A program made the translations under genes and the position numbers. DNA of 64,000 bases, taken from positions 47,120,001-47,184,000 of the forward strand of contig OZ231126.1 in NCBI GenBank assembly GCA_965153355.1. The letters run 5' to 3'. Position 1 is the first letter of the stretch. Every line of letters begins with the position of its first letter. This document shows, piece after piece, positions 11,850 to 24,393 of the stretch. The notes beneath the pieces were generated by a model. It worked only from the letters and a program-made list of their open reading frames with translations. It did not search any database and had not been told where the DNA came from. Source of the stretch: Flaccisagitta enflata. Its lineage: Eukaryota.

Positions 11850-13019
11850 TCTGAGAAAAAATCTGAACAGTATCTGGGTCCGCGATGGAAGGGGGTTAAA
11901 GATCACCAATTCTGTAAGATCACTATGACCAAAAGATCGCTAACCCTGTAAGTTCGCCAAAACCATAAGTCTTTACATTTAGAGCCGCCATACAAAGTTT
12001 CATGCAAATCCGTTGAAAAATGACAAAGTTATGCAAGTTTTTCACTTTTAGGCTAGTAGGGCGGTTGGGTGGTAGGCTGGTTTAGATAAATAGTGTGCGT
12101 ATGTTGAGTTCTTCCATTTAGAGACTCCATACCATGTTTCAACCAATTTGGTTGAAAATTGTCAAATTTATATAAGTTTTTACTTTTAGGCCGGTAAGCT
12201 GGTTGGGTGGTAGGTTGGTTTGGCCGGTTAGCATGCTCAAACATTAATAAATCACATACATGTGTTGAGTCCTTCCATTTAGAGACTCCATACTAAATTT
12301 CAACCAAATTGGTTGAAAAACGCCAAAGATATGCACATTTATCACTTTTTGGTTGGTAGGCTGGTTGGGTGGTAAGCTGGTTTGACAGGATAAATAGTGC
12401 GCATATGTTGAGTTCTTCCATTTAGAGACCCCATACCAAGTTTCAACCAAATTAGTTGAAAAATGACAAAGTTAAGCAAGTTTTTCACTTTTAGGCCGGT
12501 TGGCTGGTTGGGTGGTAGGTCGGTTTGGCCAGTTAGCATGCTCAGATGCATATGGAGTTGGACAACATTACTTTATAACAAAAATCTAGAATAAGGACAA
12601 GAGCCTTGGGAGCTCTAACTGGTGTTTCATCCGGACCCCTCACAGCTATCCTTAGAAATATCAAAATCCACTTCATATAAATGCATATAAATCACATACA
12701 CATGTTGAGTCCTTCCATTTAGAGACTCCATACCAAATTTCAACCAAATCGGTTGAAAAATGCCAAAGTTATGCACGTTTTTCACTTTTAGGCTGGTAGG
12801 CTGGTTGGGCCGGTTGGGTTGGTCGGATCGCAAAAATTGGATAGGATGTAAAGCGCCCTACCCTAGTACAACTTCCCACCAAATATCAACCAAATCGATC
12901 AAAGCATTAAAAAGTTATCCATTTTTTAAAATCCCTAATGACAATGACGACGACGACGACACCCACCCGCCTTGACTTATAGTCCGCGTCGGAATGATAT
13001 TCCGTCGCGGACAAAAAAA
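11850..13019 (-). mobile_element. Second HINE-like family with internal ~150-bp tandem units (copy 1)
   Basis: Terminal hairpin GTCCGCGTCGGAAT-gat-ATTCCGTCGCGGAC plus A-run at 12982-13019; subterminal GTCCGCGATGGAA near 11878; repeated CCATTTAGAGACTCCATACC units. Confidence 0.78.
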
Positions 13020-13419
13020 TTGAATATAGAGTCCGTAGGATAACTTTTTGCTTGATCAAACAATCCATCGAGCCTAGTCAGTGATTTTCACATTTAAGTA
13101 TCCGCAATATGACCGGAGAGCTTTCTTTTCTTCTAAAATACCGGTAAAGTCGTATATCAACAAGGAATATCAGCAATTAGCTTTTACCAACGATTAAATC
13201 GCACAAGACTAAATGCAAATCATTCAAATGATTCTAAGACTTTTTGCTTATATTTTCAATTTAATTTGATTACAAAAAAAGGAATAAACTTAACGGACTT
13301 GAACATTGCTAAAACAATGTAAGACAATATTTTTTCCAACAGGTTCTTTTTTTTATAGTTTGAAAGAAGCAAACAAGATGACAGAGGAAATTAAGAAAAG
13401 CAAGACAATCTTGACCAGG

Positions 13420-13506
<87 letters not shown>

Positions 13507-13527
13507 GAGACAGGTACACAGGTAGAC

Positions 13528-13621
<94 letters not shown>

Positions 13622-14332
13622 CAAATTGAAAGACGAACGGATGTGTGATCGGTTGAACAAACAACGGACGGGCCGACAAAGCAGGGCAAATCATCTTAAG
13701 CACGCGACTGAAAGGGAATACAATATGAAACAACAATATGAAAGAACCTAGAAGCTATCTCTACTATCTTCGCCAAAAGAAAGGCGACACCCTGGGAATG
13801 ATATGATTTATTGACCATACTCTGAAAAAAAAATTGCTTATTGAGAGAGTTTATAAATCAAGTATGCTTTTTTTTTTTGCAATTTTTTATCAATTCTAAA
13901 AATTATCATTTCTCTTCCTCTACTCTGATTGGACTCATTTTGTAGATCTTTTGGAGTAGATTAATGTGTTTTTTATACAAAATCTCAAGCTTCTTTAAAA
14001 GCCAAGATATTCTACATAGGTGTCGCGTTTCTTTTGGCAAAGATAGTATCTCTTTTAAAAGCTTCGGCGGAAAAAAGACGTTCTTATAAAGGAATGAAGT
14101 GGTTGTTACCATATCAATGTTAAAGGAAACAAACCCGAACGGGCAATGACGCGTCCAGACTGTCACTTAACTGAATTCCATACTAAACATAAATTTGTGA
14201 CACATATGTGGACAGATGACGGAAACACCCACGGATGGGCCGACGGACTTTCAGACCCTCATAGAGATACAATGACACAACTAAAAACAATGCCGATATT
14301 GGATGTTAGATGCGTCTGTGCTATACACCGAA

Positions 14333-14503
<171 letters not shown>

Positions 14504-14532
14504 TTCTTTTTACAGGGATAATGGGACGCTTA

Positions 14533-15275
14533 CACTTATTTCATTTTGTAAGCACCAAGTTTATAAGCACGCCCAGCCTCAAATATTTGAAAAATCTAAG
14601 CACAATGCTAAACATGCTCTAGGCTGAGAATTTCCATTGAGAAAAAATTGGTGAAAAGAGTTAAAAATTCAAAAATAATATTGATATAAAGATTTTTTAA
14701 TTCTTTGTTAGAATTATTCAAAAATTTATAATAATTGCAATGAGTAGAATTTACGCTTTAAAATGATTTCAGTAGGTTTTTATTCTAATACTTAAGTTTG
14801 TAAAAATACCTATGATCAGGCCCACCCTTCAATATATTCAGGATTTTTATATAGATAAAATAATTTCATTTCATGAAATTTTTTGAAAACATTTCTTATA
14901 AAATCTTATTATATAGATCTGATGCTTTGGTATGATTGTTAATTATAATTCATGTCTGTAACAAATTTTAAGTAAGCACTACAAAAAAATGATTTCTTAT
15001 AATATTGAATATTATTTTAAAAAAGTTTATATTCAATCAAGATACTTATATATCAATGAAAGATACTGTTATTATTCTATATTGAATATATTCTTTACTT
15101 TATTTTATTCTAAACTATATTCTACACTATACTACATTTTATACTAAATAGGAGAATTGTACACCAAAATGTGATAAGCACGCACTTAAGCACATTTAAG
15201 CCTTAAAAGTAAGATTTCGCTAGGCACGCTCAGCCTCAGCCGAAGAAGGTGCGTGCTTATAAAATGAAAAAAGTG
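14533..15275. mobile_element. MITE with TA TSD (Tc1/mariner-type)
   Basis: TA|CACTTATTTCATTTTGTAAGCAC ... GTGCTTATAAAATGAAAAAAGTG|TA. Confidence 0.75.
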
Positions 15276-15714
15276 TATACGAAAAGACAGGGTAAAGCCA
15301 AAATATGGCCTCGCCGTTAAAGAATGAAGGATTGAATGATTACAATGAATGAACGTTTGAAAGGAATGCTGTACGTTTGAAATGAATGAAAGAACGAATG
15401 AATGCATGAAGTGATGAACGACAATGAGAACGCAACTGGGAAAGCATCAAAGGTTACAGGAACGCGTCCTTTTGCGCAATTTCAACGTTTACGTGACGAA
15501 CAGACTAACAAACCAACGGACCGACAAGACCTCTTATAGATTAAAGGACGCATGTACAAATTTCTCGAGGAAGACACAAGTTAAAGGTAACCGGTTAAGA
15601 GTTACCCAGCAAGTAAACGGACGAAAACACTTCACACAGTCGCGCACAAACCCCAACAAGTGAGGAAAAACGAAGCAAGAGCAGTTATGAGAAAGATAGG
15701 AAACTAATGCAAGG

Positions 15715-15813
<99 letters not shown>

Positions 15814-16680
15814 AGAGTGAGAGAGAAAGTAAGAGAAAAAGAGAGTGAGAGAGAAAGTAAGAGAAAAAGAGAGTGAGAGAGAAAGTAAGAGAAAAAGAGA
15901 GTGAGAGAAAAAGAGAGAGAAAAAGAGAGAGAGAGAAAGTGAGTGAGAGATAAAGAGAGTGAGAGATAAAGAGAGAGAGAGATAAAGAGAGAGATAAAGA
16001 GAGAGAGAGAGAGATACACGGCCATTACCAGTTGCGGAAAGGTGGGCAGGGGCGGAAATGCGCGTTTTCACACCTTCCAACTCGATCACCATGACCGACG
16101 GACGGACAAAGCCCCTTTTGGAGTTGCGTGTCCGCAACTAAAAATGATTTGCAAAGATAACGCAGGCTATAGATGGATCCTGCCAGCATGCTTCTCGGTG
16201 ATTGGACAGACGCCAAACTATAAAACACGAACAGGTCGGGCAGAGATAAAGAACGGATAATAACAGATCAGGCAAGTGCCAACTTCCGAGTGCGGTTGGA
16301 CAACCTAAGCATTTACACGCTCTTGCGTTGCCCCATAAATAAGAACGCCGTAAGCACGTAAGAATAAAATTTGCTTAAAAATAAAGAAATTAAGTCGGGT
16401 CAAGGCAGCTAAATGACGACTCCATAGCTTCAACCAACATACCTGTAGAGAGAAGGGAATGGGATTCAGACGACATTCCTAAATACCAGGTTACCTATAC
16501 CTTTTATAAACCAATCGAACTGTTTCAAAGTTAGCCCCCTTTAACCTACAATCCTATGCTTTTTCCATTTTGTTAAAGGGTTTCGCGTTCCAACCAAACA
16601 ATTAGTAATAGTAGCAGGCTAACAACTAATTTGTCAAACAGAAATCAAGTTTTTTGTTGGGCCAGGATAAATACACTCAC

Positions 16681-18659
16681 CTTCGGCGGCATTTTTTGTT
16701 GACATTATCACACGCTCCCACTGCCCATTCACGGCAAAGCTTTTTAGATTCTTTTCTCTCCTCCTCCGCCTGTCTTTCCCGTCTGTACGGGGCATCTGGA
16801 TCAGATTGTTGTTGATGAGGGGAATCAGCGTAAGGGTCGTCGTCGCCGACACGAGGAGGGTGCGCGTGAGAGGAGGACAATCTTTTCTCCGCCTTTCTCG
16901 CGGCACGTTGCTCCGGATCTTCCGCGTGATGGCGTTCTCTTGATCCACGGCGCTGATGACCAGTGGCGGGATCTTTTTCGCGATCCGCGTATTTTTTACG
17001 CCTATGTTTCGATTGAGGACTTTCGGGCAAACTGTGAGCGAGAAGACACCCACCAATTGGCTTTCGACATATCCCCGTATCGAACCACTCCTTACAGATG
17101 CCCTCCGGATAATCCGGGTCATCGTAAGGAGCGGGTTTTTCCATGGACGGTGACCGAGGTCTTTTGACAGCCGGCGGCCCAGGAGGATAATCGGCAGGAC
17201 CTTGAAGATGCGGATGAGGATGATGATGCTTGGAGGAACTACCAGAGGGCTTCTGCTGCGGATGCTGCCTCGAGGGACTCCCACTAGGACTGCGTGGCAT
17301 TCTCCTAGGCGGCTGCTGTTGGACTTGATAGTGCGGCGGGGGACTTCGTCCAGTACCTCGGTCATACTCGGGTCTCATATGATCGGTTGGAGGCATTCTC
17401 TCTCTTGAATCTCGATTGATATTTTCTCTAAACTGCTCCGGTTTTTCTCTAAACTGCTCCGGTAATCGCTGCTCTCTTGGGGAAGGCGATCTTTCTCTCC
17501 TCAAATTATCCAAGTTATGCCCAAACGCTTCGCGTTTGGGAGGTGACGGCGTTCTGTAGGGAGAAGGCGTCAAACGCCTCTGAGGTCGGGCGGCCTGCTG
17601 TGGTGGAGGGGGTGAATAAGGACCCGGGTCACGGTAGGCTTGGGGAGGGGGTGACGACCTCCGAATTGGAGGAGCCTCAAAAGGCGTTGGACTTGGTTGG
17701 CGATGATACGGATCGCCACGATACTGCGGTGGTTCACGGCTCGTCTTCCCACGCTGGGGGGATGTTTCTCTGCCAGGTCTAGGAGGCCATTGCTCTCTCG
17801 GATCAGGAGAGAGACGTCTTGAAGGAGGCGCGTGAGAGGCATGCGGTGGCAGAGGTGAACGATCGCGTTCAAAGCGCGGAGGCGGTGCGCCCCGTGAAGG
17901 AGGATGAGCGTGATCTCGCGCATGGGGATCGGGATAATACGCATCTTTTCCTTGTACAGGCATTGGTTCCCCACCTCTCATCCTTCTTGGGGATGGTGGG
18001 CTTCGTCTTCTTGGATGCATCGGGGGCGAAGGTGAACGACCTCGTCTCCCAGGGTCATAACGATCGTCACGCCTAGGTGCCTGCTGCTGCTGCTGCTGCG
18101 TTCCATAACGCTGTTGATACGGCGCATCAGTCGCCGGGGGCCCGTACAACTCAGTGGGCGAAGGAATGCGCCTTCTCGGTGGAGGCGGGGATGGAGCTCC
18201 TCCAGCTGGACGCGGCCTGGTCCTTGATTCATGCTGAGGAGGAACTCCTTGCCTTTCATGAGATGGAGGATGATATTCATCGTGAGGGCGACGTGGCGCG
18301 GCAGCTGGAGTCGGATAATGGGGATTATCGGGTGACCTTGGACGTCTTGACTTGTGGTCGTAACCCGGCGGCCTTCCGCCTCTTCTTCCATCATCGACCG
18401 CGCCCGTGTGGCGATCGAGATTGGGTTTGACATCTGGGTATTCGCCGTATGGACCACCATTTGGGCTTGGTGGACGCCCGGGAGGACCTCGACCACGGCG
18501 ATTATCGCCCCCACCGTGACTGTAATCGTAGACCACGGGACCTCCAGCTTGATCTCTTTGCGCTGGTCCTGGTGAAGGGGCACGAGGCTCTAAAGGAGGG
18601 GGAGAATATCTCGAAGAATAACCCGGAGGTAACTCCGAGTCTCCTTGGAAGTAAGACAT
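16681..18659 (-). CDS. Exon 1 of multi-CCCH zinc-finger protein (Pro/Arg/Ser-rich low-complexity N-terminus, CCCH finger 1 and most of finger 2)
   Basis: 660-aa ORF starting at ATG 18659; motifs CKEWFDTGICRKPIGGCLLAH and CREWAVGACDNVNKKCRR. Ends at donor AG|GTGAGT (16680), phase 2; splicing to 4120 completes C-x7-C-x6-C-x3-H. Confidence 0.9.
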
Positions 18660-19143
18660 GACTCAAGTATCAGATACCCCCCTTAACGAGATTTTTTTTT
18701 CTCAGCCGAATAGAGATTTAGGGCAGACTTTCAATGGCGGTAAGAATAGACGCAGAAGAAAGATAAATCAATTCGCGCAGTGTAAACTATGATCTTTTTT
18801 TCTTAAATGCGAATTGACGCGTAGAAGCGAGAATAGTACGTATCATTTTTTTAATAGCGATCGATGGTGGTGATATAAAAAGCAAGATGGTGTACGCATG
18901 TAACAGAGACGAGATGGATCGATAGAAAAAGTGAAGATACGAATTAAAAACGTAGATGTAGCGAAAGGTTGTGGATGTATCAATTGATGATTTTTTCCAA
19001 GATTCCTTTTAATTTTTTAACATTTTGATTTTTTTTTATGATAGAATGTTTGGACGAGAAGACAGTCTAATTTGTTTTCCAATATATAATTCTTTTCCTC
19101 CTTCAGTTCAGCGTGAAGAAGGAAATTTTCACAATTCAAATGT

Positions 19144-19185
19144 TCACATGATCATGGCGAGGTTTATGATCAAGACTGTTTCAAC
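19144..19185 (-). CDS. VARS2: Probable terminal exon of the VARS2-like gene (VETVLIINLAMIM*)
   Basis: Strong acceptor ttttgttgcag at 19186-19196; in frame if the 19243 donor is used (58-nt intron); TGA at 19146-19144. Confidence 0.5.
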   Translation of the reverse strand, partial: VETVLIINLAMIM

Positions 19186-19243
19186 CTGCAACAAAAACAA
19201 AAATAGGGACCGATTAAATTAGCTCACTTTCATCCTTGCACAC

Positions 19244-19843
19244 CTCACTCATTTCCTCCACTGCCGGATCACTCGTTTTCTTGTAAGGAGGATAACTAGC
19301 TAAGCATATTGTATCACATTGTTCTCTGTCCGTCTTGAAGAGTTTTAATCTCTGCCACAACTCTTCCGTCAAAAAGGGCATGAAAGGATGCAGGGCTCTC
19401 ATGGCTCCTTCGAGACAGCAAAGTAACACCGACATCTTTACGTCTCTTTCTTCGCAGTCTAAATCGTTGAGAAAGGGTTTTGTGTGTTCCAAATAAACGT
19501 CGCAAAGCTGAAACCAGATGAATCTATGAATGGCGATCGTGCCCCAAGTTAGTTGGAAATTGTCAAATCCTTCGTTGCAACCGTTGACCATTTTTTGGTA
19601 ACAGTTGAGGATATCGACGTCTTCCTCGGAGAGCCGATCGTTAGCATTTTCGGCCTCGACGTCGATGTACGTAAAGCCACGAGCGTCTGCGTGCCGGAAA
19701 AAGAAACGAGTTGCTTGCCAGATTTTGTTGCAAAAGTGGCGGTGGTGTCGAATGTTGAGAATGTCCATGCTCACATCGACTGATTGAACGTCACAGGACA
19801 AGAGAGCGAAACGTAGAGCGTCAGTTCCACACTCGGGGATCCC
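19244..19843 (-). CDS. VARS2: Valyl-tRNA synthetase exon, anticodon-binding helical domain
   Basis: GIPECGTDALRFALL...RHFCNKIWQATRF...LCDVYLE...LHPFMPFLTEELWQRL. The VQxxD and NKIW residues fit the mitochondrial paralogue better than the cytosolic one (from memory of the family). Exact donor uncertain (19243 or 19227). Confidence 0.9.
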
Positions 19844-19980
19844 CTGAAGAGTCGGAAGGGAAGAGAGAAGGAGGCGTCATGAAGCGGGTAGAGTGGGGTA
19901 AATTGGGTCGTCCAGCTTTTTCGTAGAATCTGAGGAAACTATTGGCAATTTTGATGATTAAGGAAGATTTAGTGTCTATA

Positions 19981-21282
19981 ACAAAGTGTCCAATAAATTT
20001 GGCAAAATTTCATAAAGGACATCAAAAAACTGTCTCTTATTGATCTTTTCCATCCATTTGATGAAGTTGTGTCCGGTGGTTTCCATGGCATTCTACTCCT
20101 TGATTTCTTTTGTAAACAAAGTTCCCCCATAAGTTATTAAGAAAACTATGAATAGAAAAGTCCGCTGAAAAAAAGGAAGAAAAAGACCGCGAAAAAAGCT
20201 TACCGTAAGAACCGTCATAAATGATTTTCCATCTATTCTTCCGTCTGAAAATTAAAAAAACGCTTGACCGAAACATTTCTGGAAGTTTAGGGTAATACCC
20301 CAAAACTAAGCTCTTGCAGTGAAGTGATTTCCTGCTCATGAAAATAATAGTCAAATGTAAAGGTGGGTTAGTAGTGAATATCTATTATCCAACAGGCAGC
20401 AAATTAAAAGATCAATACAAGGAAGAAGAGGTTCACTTAAAGTAGTCTGGGAAAAAACTGGCTGTGATGGACAAAATAAAATTGATGGTTGATCTTAAAT
20501 CATTCTAGCAGACTTGCTTCAATGCCCTGAGCTAATTTTGAGTAAGATTTTGAGTATTTGTCGTGCTTTATATTTAATGATGTATACCTACCTATTTATT
20601 GTCCTATTTTAGATACCAAATTTGATATCAAACATATCTAAAAAGTTATTACAGAGAAGTGCTAAATACAAATGAACCCCCTTAAAACTGTAGCACCCCC
20701 ACCTACAGCTCTAACCAATTATATTACAGAAACTTTTTAGATAAAAAATGAATGTTTATATCAATAAAAGTGGCGCCACCAGAGCGATTTTTAAATTTTG
20801 ACCTTTAACTCAAAATACAACTAATAAACATATTAATATAAGCTTTTTTTAAATATTCATAAAATCATATATTTTATACTATAATTTCGAACTGGAGTGG
20901 AAATTTCAAAATTGCCCTGGTGGTGCCACTTGTATACGTTGTATAGTCCTAAGATATGATTTAAAACCCAGTACAAATTTATTATTGCTTTAGTTTGATC
21001 TGTAAGGGGGGTGCTACAGTTTTAGGGGGTTCACATTTTATATTTCTCCTTCCTCTGTATTCTTTGCCATGTTTTATTGGGAAAAATCTCACAAAATTAA
21101 AAAGTTTGCCCCAGGCATAATTCCTTTCTTTTTAAACTAGGGAAACCCATATGAAAAACTGCGCATTCTAACATCTAAAAGAACAAATTGAGATGATACA
21201 TACCAAATTTCAGCTTACTGGGTCACTTAGAAGTATGGTTTATGAAAAATTATGTTTTTGCCAAATTTATTGGACACCCTGT
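19981..21282. mobile_element. Tc1/mariner-type non-autonomous element in a VARS2 intron
   Basis: TIR ACA(AA/GG)GTGTCCAATAAATTTGGCAAAA with TA flanks; internal inverted pairs at 20672-20700/21005-21033 and 20768-20792/20908-20931. Confidence 0.8.
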
Positions 21283-21443
21283 TAGTTAAAGATGAAAACA
21301 GAAATTTCGCTGAAACTTATACTAGGGCTGACCAAAGTGGGCGACTCATTTTACCCCACCCTCCACTAGTGAAAGAGGTAAAAGGAAAACTGATATATGA
21401 TAACCGCGTATTTCCGGTTCATCCAAAAGTACTTCTGCCTCAC

Positions 21444-21617
21444 CTCAGGAAAAGATTTTCGTTGACCGTCTCTCGCTATTTCTAGCTCAGCCTGACTCAA
21501 TCCTGAATCCTCCAACTGTTTAGCCAACGCCTCGAGGTCTTTGCCAGTCATCACGTCAATTGGATCGACCACATTTCCCAGAGATTTGCTCATTTTACGA
21601 CCGTGTGCGTCTCGGAT
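21444..21617 (-). CDS. VARS2: Valyl-tRNA synthetase exon containing the class I KMSKS motif (mitochondrial type)
   Basis: IRDAHGRKMSKSLGNVVDPIDV...GQRKSFPE; acceptor tgtaag, donor GAG|GTGAGG, phase 0. Confidence 0.93.
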
Positions 21618-22029
21618 CTTACAAAAAGAAAAACATTCAGTCTAGTTAGGAAGATTGATTGACTGATGCCTGCTTATTTTCGAGGCAGGACTGATTGCGG
21701 AGTGCCACTGTCATGTACTTGACGAATATAATATCATTCAAAAAAAAAGTTCAAAATTTTTTTTTTCATCTCTCTAAAAACTAAGTAAGAGGAACAATGT
21801 CTACAACTTCAACTTTTACATTTATGACCACAACTTCTTTATCGGTATGTCATTTCTTAAAAATTAGAGACTGAACAACCAGCATGGTCTCATTTTGAAG
21901 ATCTTTCGCAGACAGGCTTTCAAACGGTCATAGATTTCGCTATGTTTTTCTCATTGGATGAATGTGAAACATTGAAACACATTTTGTTTCGTTTTCATTT
22001 TTGCTATGGTTTTTTTTTTATGTTACACC

Positions 22030-22052
22030 CGTTGTCATAACGGTTGTTACAG

Positions 22053-22111
<59 letters not shown>

Positions 22112-22542
22112 GACTATTTTTGTTTATTGTTATTGTTGTCGTTGAACTTATTGTTGTTGTTATCGTTGTTATTTTGGTGGTTATTGTAGTTGTTGTTATT
22201 GTTATTGCTGTTATTGTTGTTGCTGTTATTATTGATGCTAGACCTGTTGTAATAACGGCTATATTTTTCTCATTGGATGAATGTGAAACATTGAAACACA
22301 TTATGTTCCGTGTTTATTTTTGCTACGGTTATTTTTGATGTTACACCTGTTGTCATAACGGTTGTTACAGTTGTTGTTGTTGTTGACTTTTTGTTTATTG
22401 TTGTCATTGACCTTATTGTTGTTGTTATCGTGATTTTGGTAGTTATTGTAGTTGTTGTATTGTTATTGCTGTTATTGTTATTGCTGTTATTGTTGTTGCT
22501 GTTATTGTTGATGCTACACCTGTTGTAATAACGGCTGTTACA

Positions 22543-22635
<93 letters not shown>

Positions 22636-22850
22636 GATTATTATTGTTGTTGTTATTGTTGTTGTTATTGTTGTTATTATTGTTGTTGTTGTTTTTATTG
22701 TTGTTGTTATTGTTGACTGTTGTTGTTATTGTTGACTGTTGCTGTTATTGTTGTTGTTGTTGTTGTTGTTATTGTTGTTGTTATTGTTGTTGTTATTGTT
22801 GTTGTTATTGTTGCTGTTATTGTTATTGTTGTTGTTTGATATTGTCGTTG
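22030..22850 (+). repeat. (GTT)n/(ATT)n microsatellite with a ~320-bp local duplication
   Basis: TCATTGGATGAATGTGAAACATTGAAACAC occurs at ~21951 and ~22270. Confidence 0.9.
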
Positions 22851-23416
22851 GTGCTTAAATCTTTGATGTTATGATGCATATACATTATACAATCATACAT
22901 ACATGTACATGTTTGTGGATTATTGAAGTAATGTTATTGAAGTAAATGTGGTTGTTTTTGACTTGTTGGAAATCGTTGTTGTTTTTGTAGTGGTTGTCAT
23001 TTTGACTGTTCTTTTTGTACCACATGTTGTTATTGTTATTGCTTGCTATTGTTGTTGTTGGGGCTGCTGGCTGTTGTCGTTTACATTTTTAGTTGCGGAC
23101 ACGCAACTCTATAAGAGGCTTTGTCCTTCCGTCTGTCTGTCTCGGTCCGTTGGTCTGTTGGTCCGTGGTGATCGAGTTGGAAAGTGTGTATCCGGCCTTG
23201 TTTGTTGGTGCGTGTGTATGGTGGTGGTTAAGTAGTAGTTTTTATCGTAGTTGTTGTTATTGTTGTTGCTAATTCTGTTGCTGCATTGCATTGTCGTAAA
23301 GCATCGTTGTTTCGTTGTGGTTCTTGTTGTTGGTCGTTTTTGTTGTATTTGTCATGAATGTTGTAACGATTGTTTTTTTTTGTCAGTGTAACTAACCGTA
23401 TGTGAAACAATCTTAC

Positions 23417-24373
23417 CTGGTTATCCTGATCTGCTTCAACTTCCGCCTCTTCTTCCGTCGACGAATCGAGCGTCAAGTCAATGAAAACGATGTCGTCCAA
23501 CTTAGTCGGCTTCTTTGCGGCAGCCACCTCCTCCTCTTGCTCCTGCAGTAACTTCCTTCCTTCTTCATCATCCCGCTTCAAAAGTCCCAAAGACTGTAGA
23601 AAGGAACTTTGGTCGGTTGACGTGGGCGAGGCGTTGTCGGAGCATTCCAAGGGCGAGGAGGATGAAGATGATGCGAGAATAATCGTACCAGAAGATCCGG
23701 GGCTTTGGTTTGGCCGTTGATGTCGCTGGTTCGTGTTGGTTGAGTCGGTGATGGATTGTTGTTTGGTAAGGGCGTTGTTTCGTTGGCGCTTCGGCATAGC
23801 TTTGTTAAAGGAGAATCTGTTAAGCGACCTGACTACGGGATGTTTGTTGGATAAAGAGATTTTGTTGTCGGGGACGATGAAGTTGTTGGTGGGTAAATCA
23901 TGATATTTGCTGTGGCTGCTGTTGCCGCTGTTGTGAGAGTTTTTGCTACCGCCGTTGACGTTGAAGGAGGTTGTGGAGCAGTAGGAAATGGTGGTACCGT
24001 CAGAATCATCCGAGTCCAGTAACACGAAGTCGTTTATGTTGAAAGACTTCTCCAAAACAATACAATTTTCTTCGACAAGCGATTCTCTTTGATTGGATGT
24101 TAGAGTGGCCTCGAGTCGTGGAACCTTAATTCTCAAAGCCTTGATGGGAAGGGAATAAAGGAAAAATTTGATGTCAACCTTTGGCTCACCGTGAGATAAC
24201 CGATCCCCTTCTAACTCCATAATACCACTTTTTAGGTTCTCAAGAATGTGTGATAACAAGATTAATTAAAAATTTGATTCAATAGGGTCAGATCCTATTT
24301 TGGCAGCGGAAATGAAGAAATTTCTCAGGACTTCTTTACATAAGAGAGGCAATTTGAAGGAGTAAACAAACAG
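23417..24373 (-). pseudogene. Large exon-like ORF of unknown family (Ser/Asn-rich, with a SUMO-interacting-motif-like IVFIDLT plus acidic tract); in-frame TAA near its 5' end
   Basis: 343-aa ORF in the track; strong donor CAG|GTAAGA at 23416. The frame extends upstream through TAA (24268-24266) to a candidate acceptor at 24374. Confidence 0.5.
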
Positions 24374-24393
24374 CTAGTTCAAAGGTGATTTAA

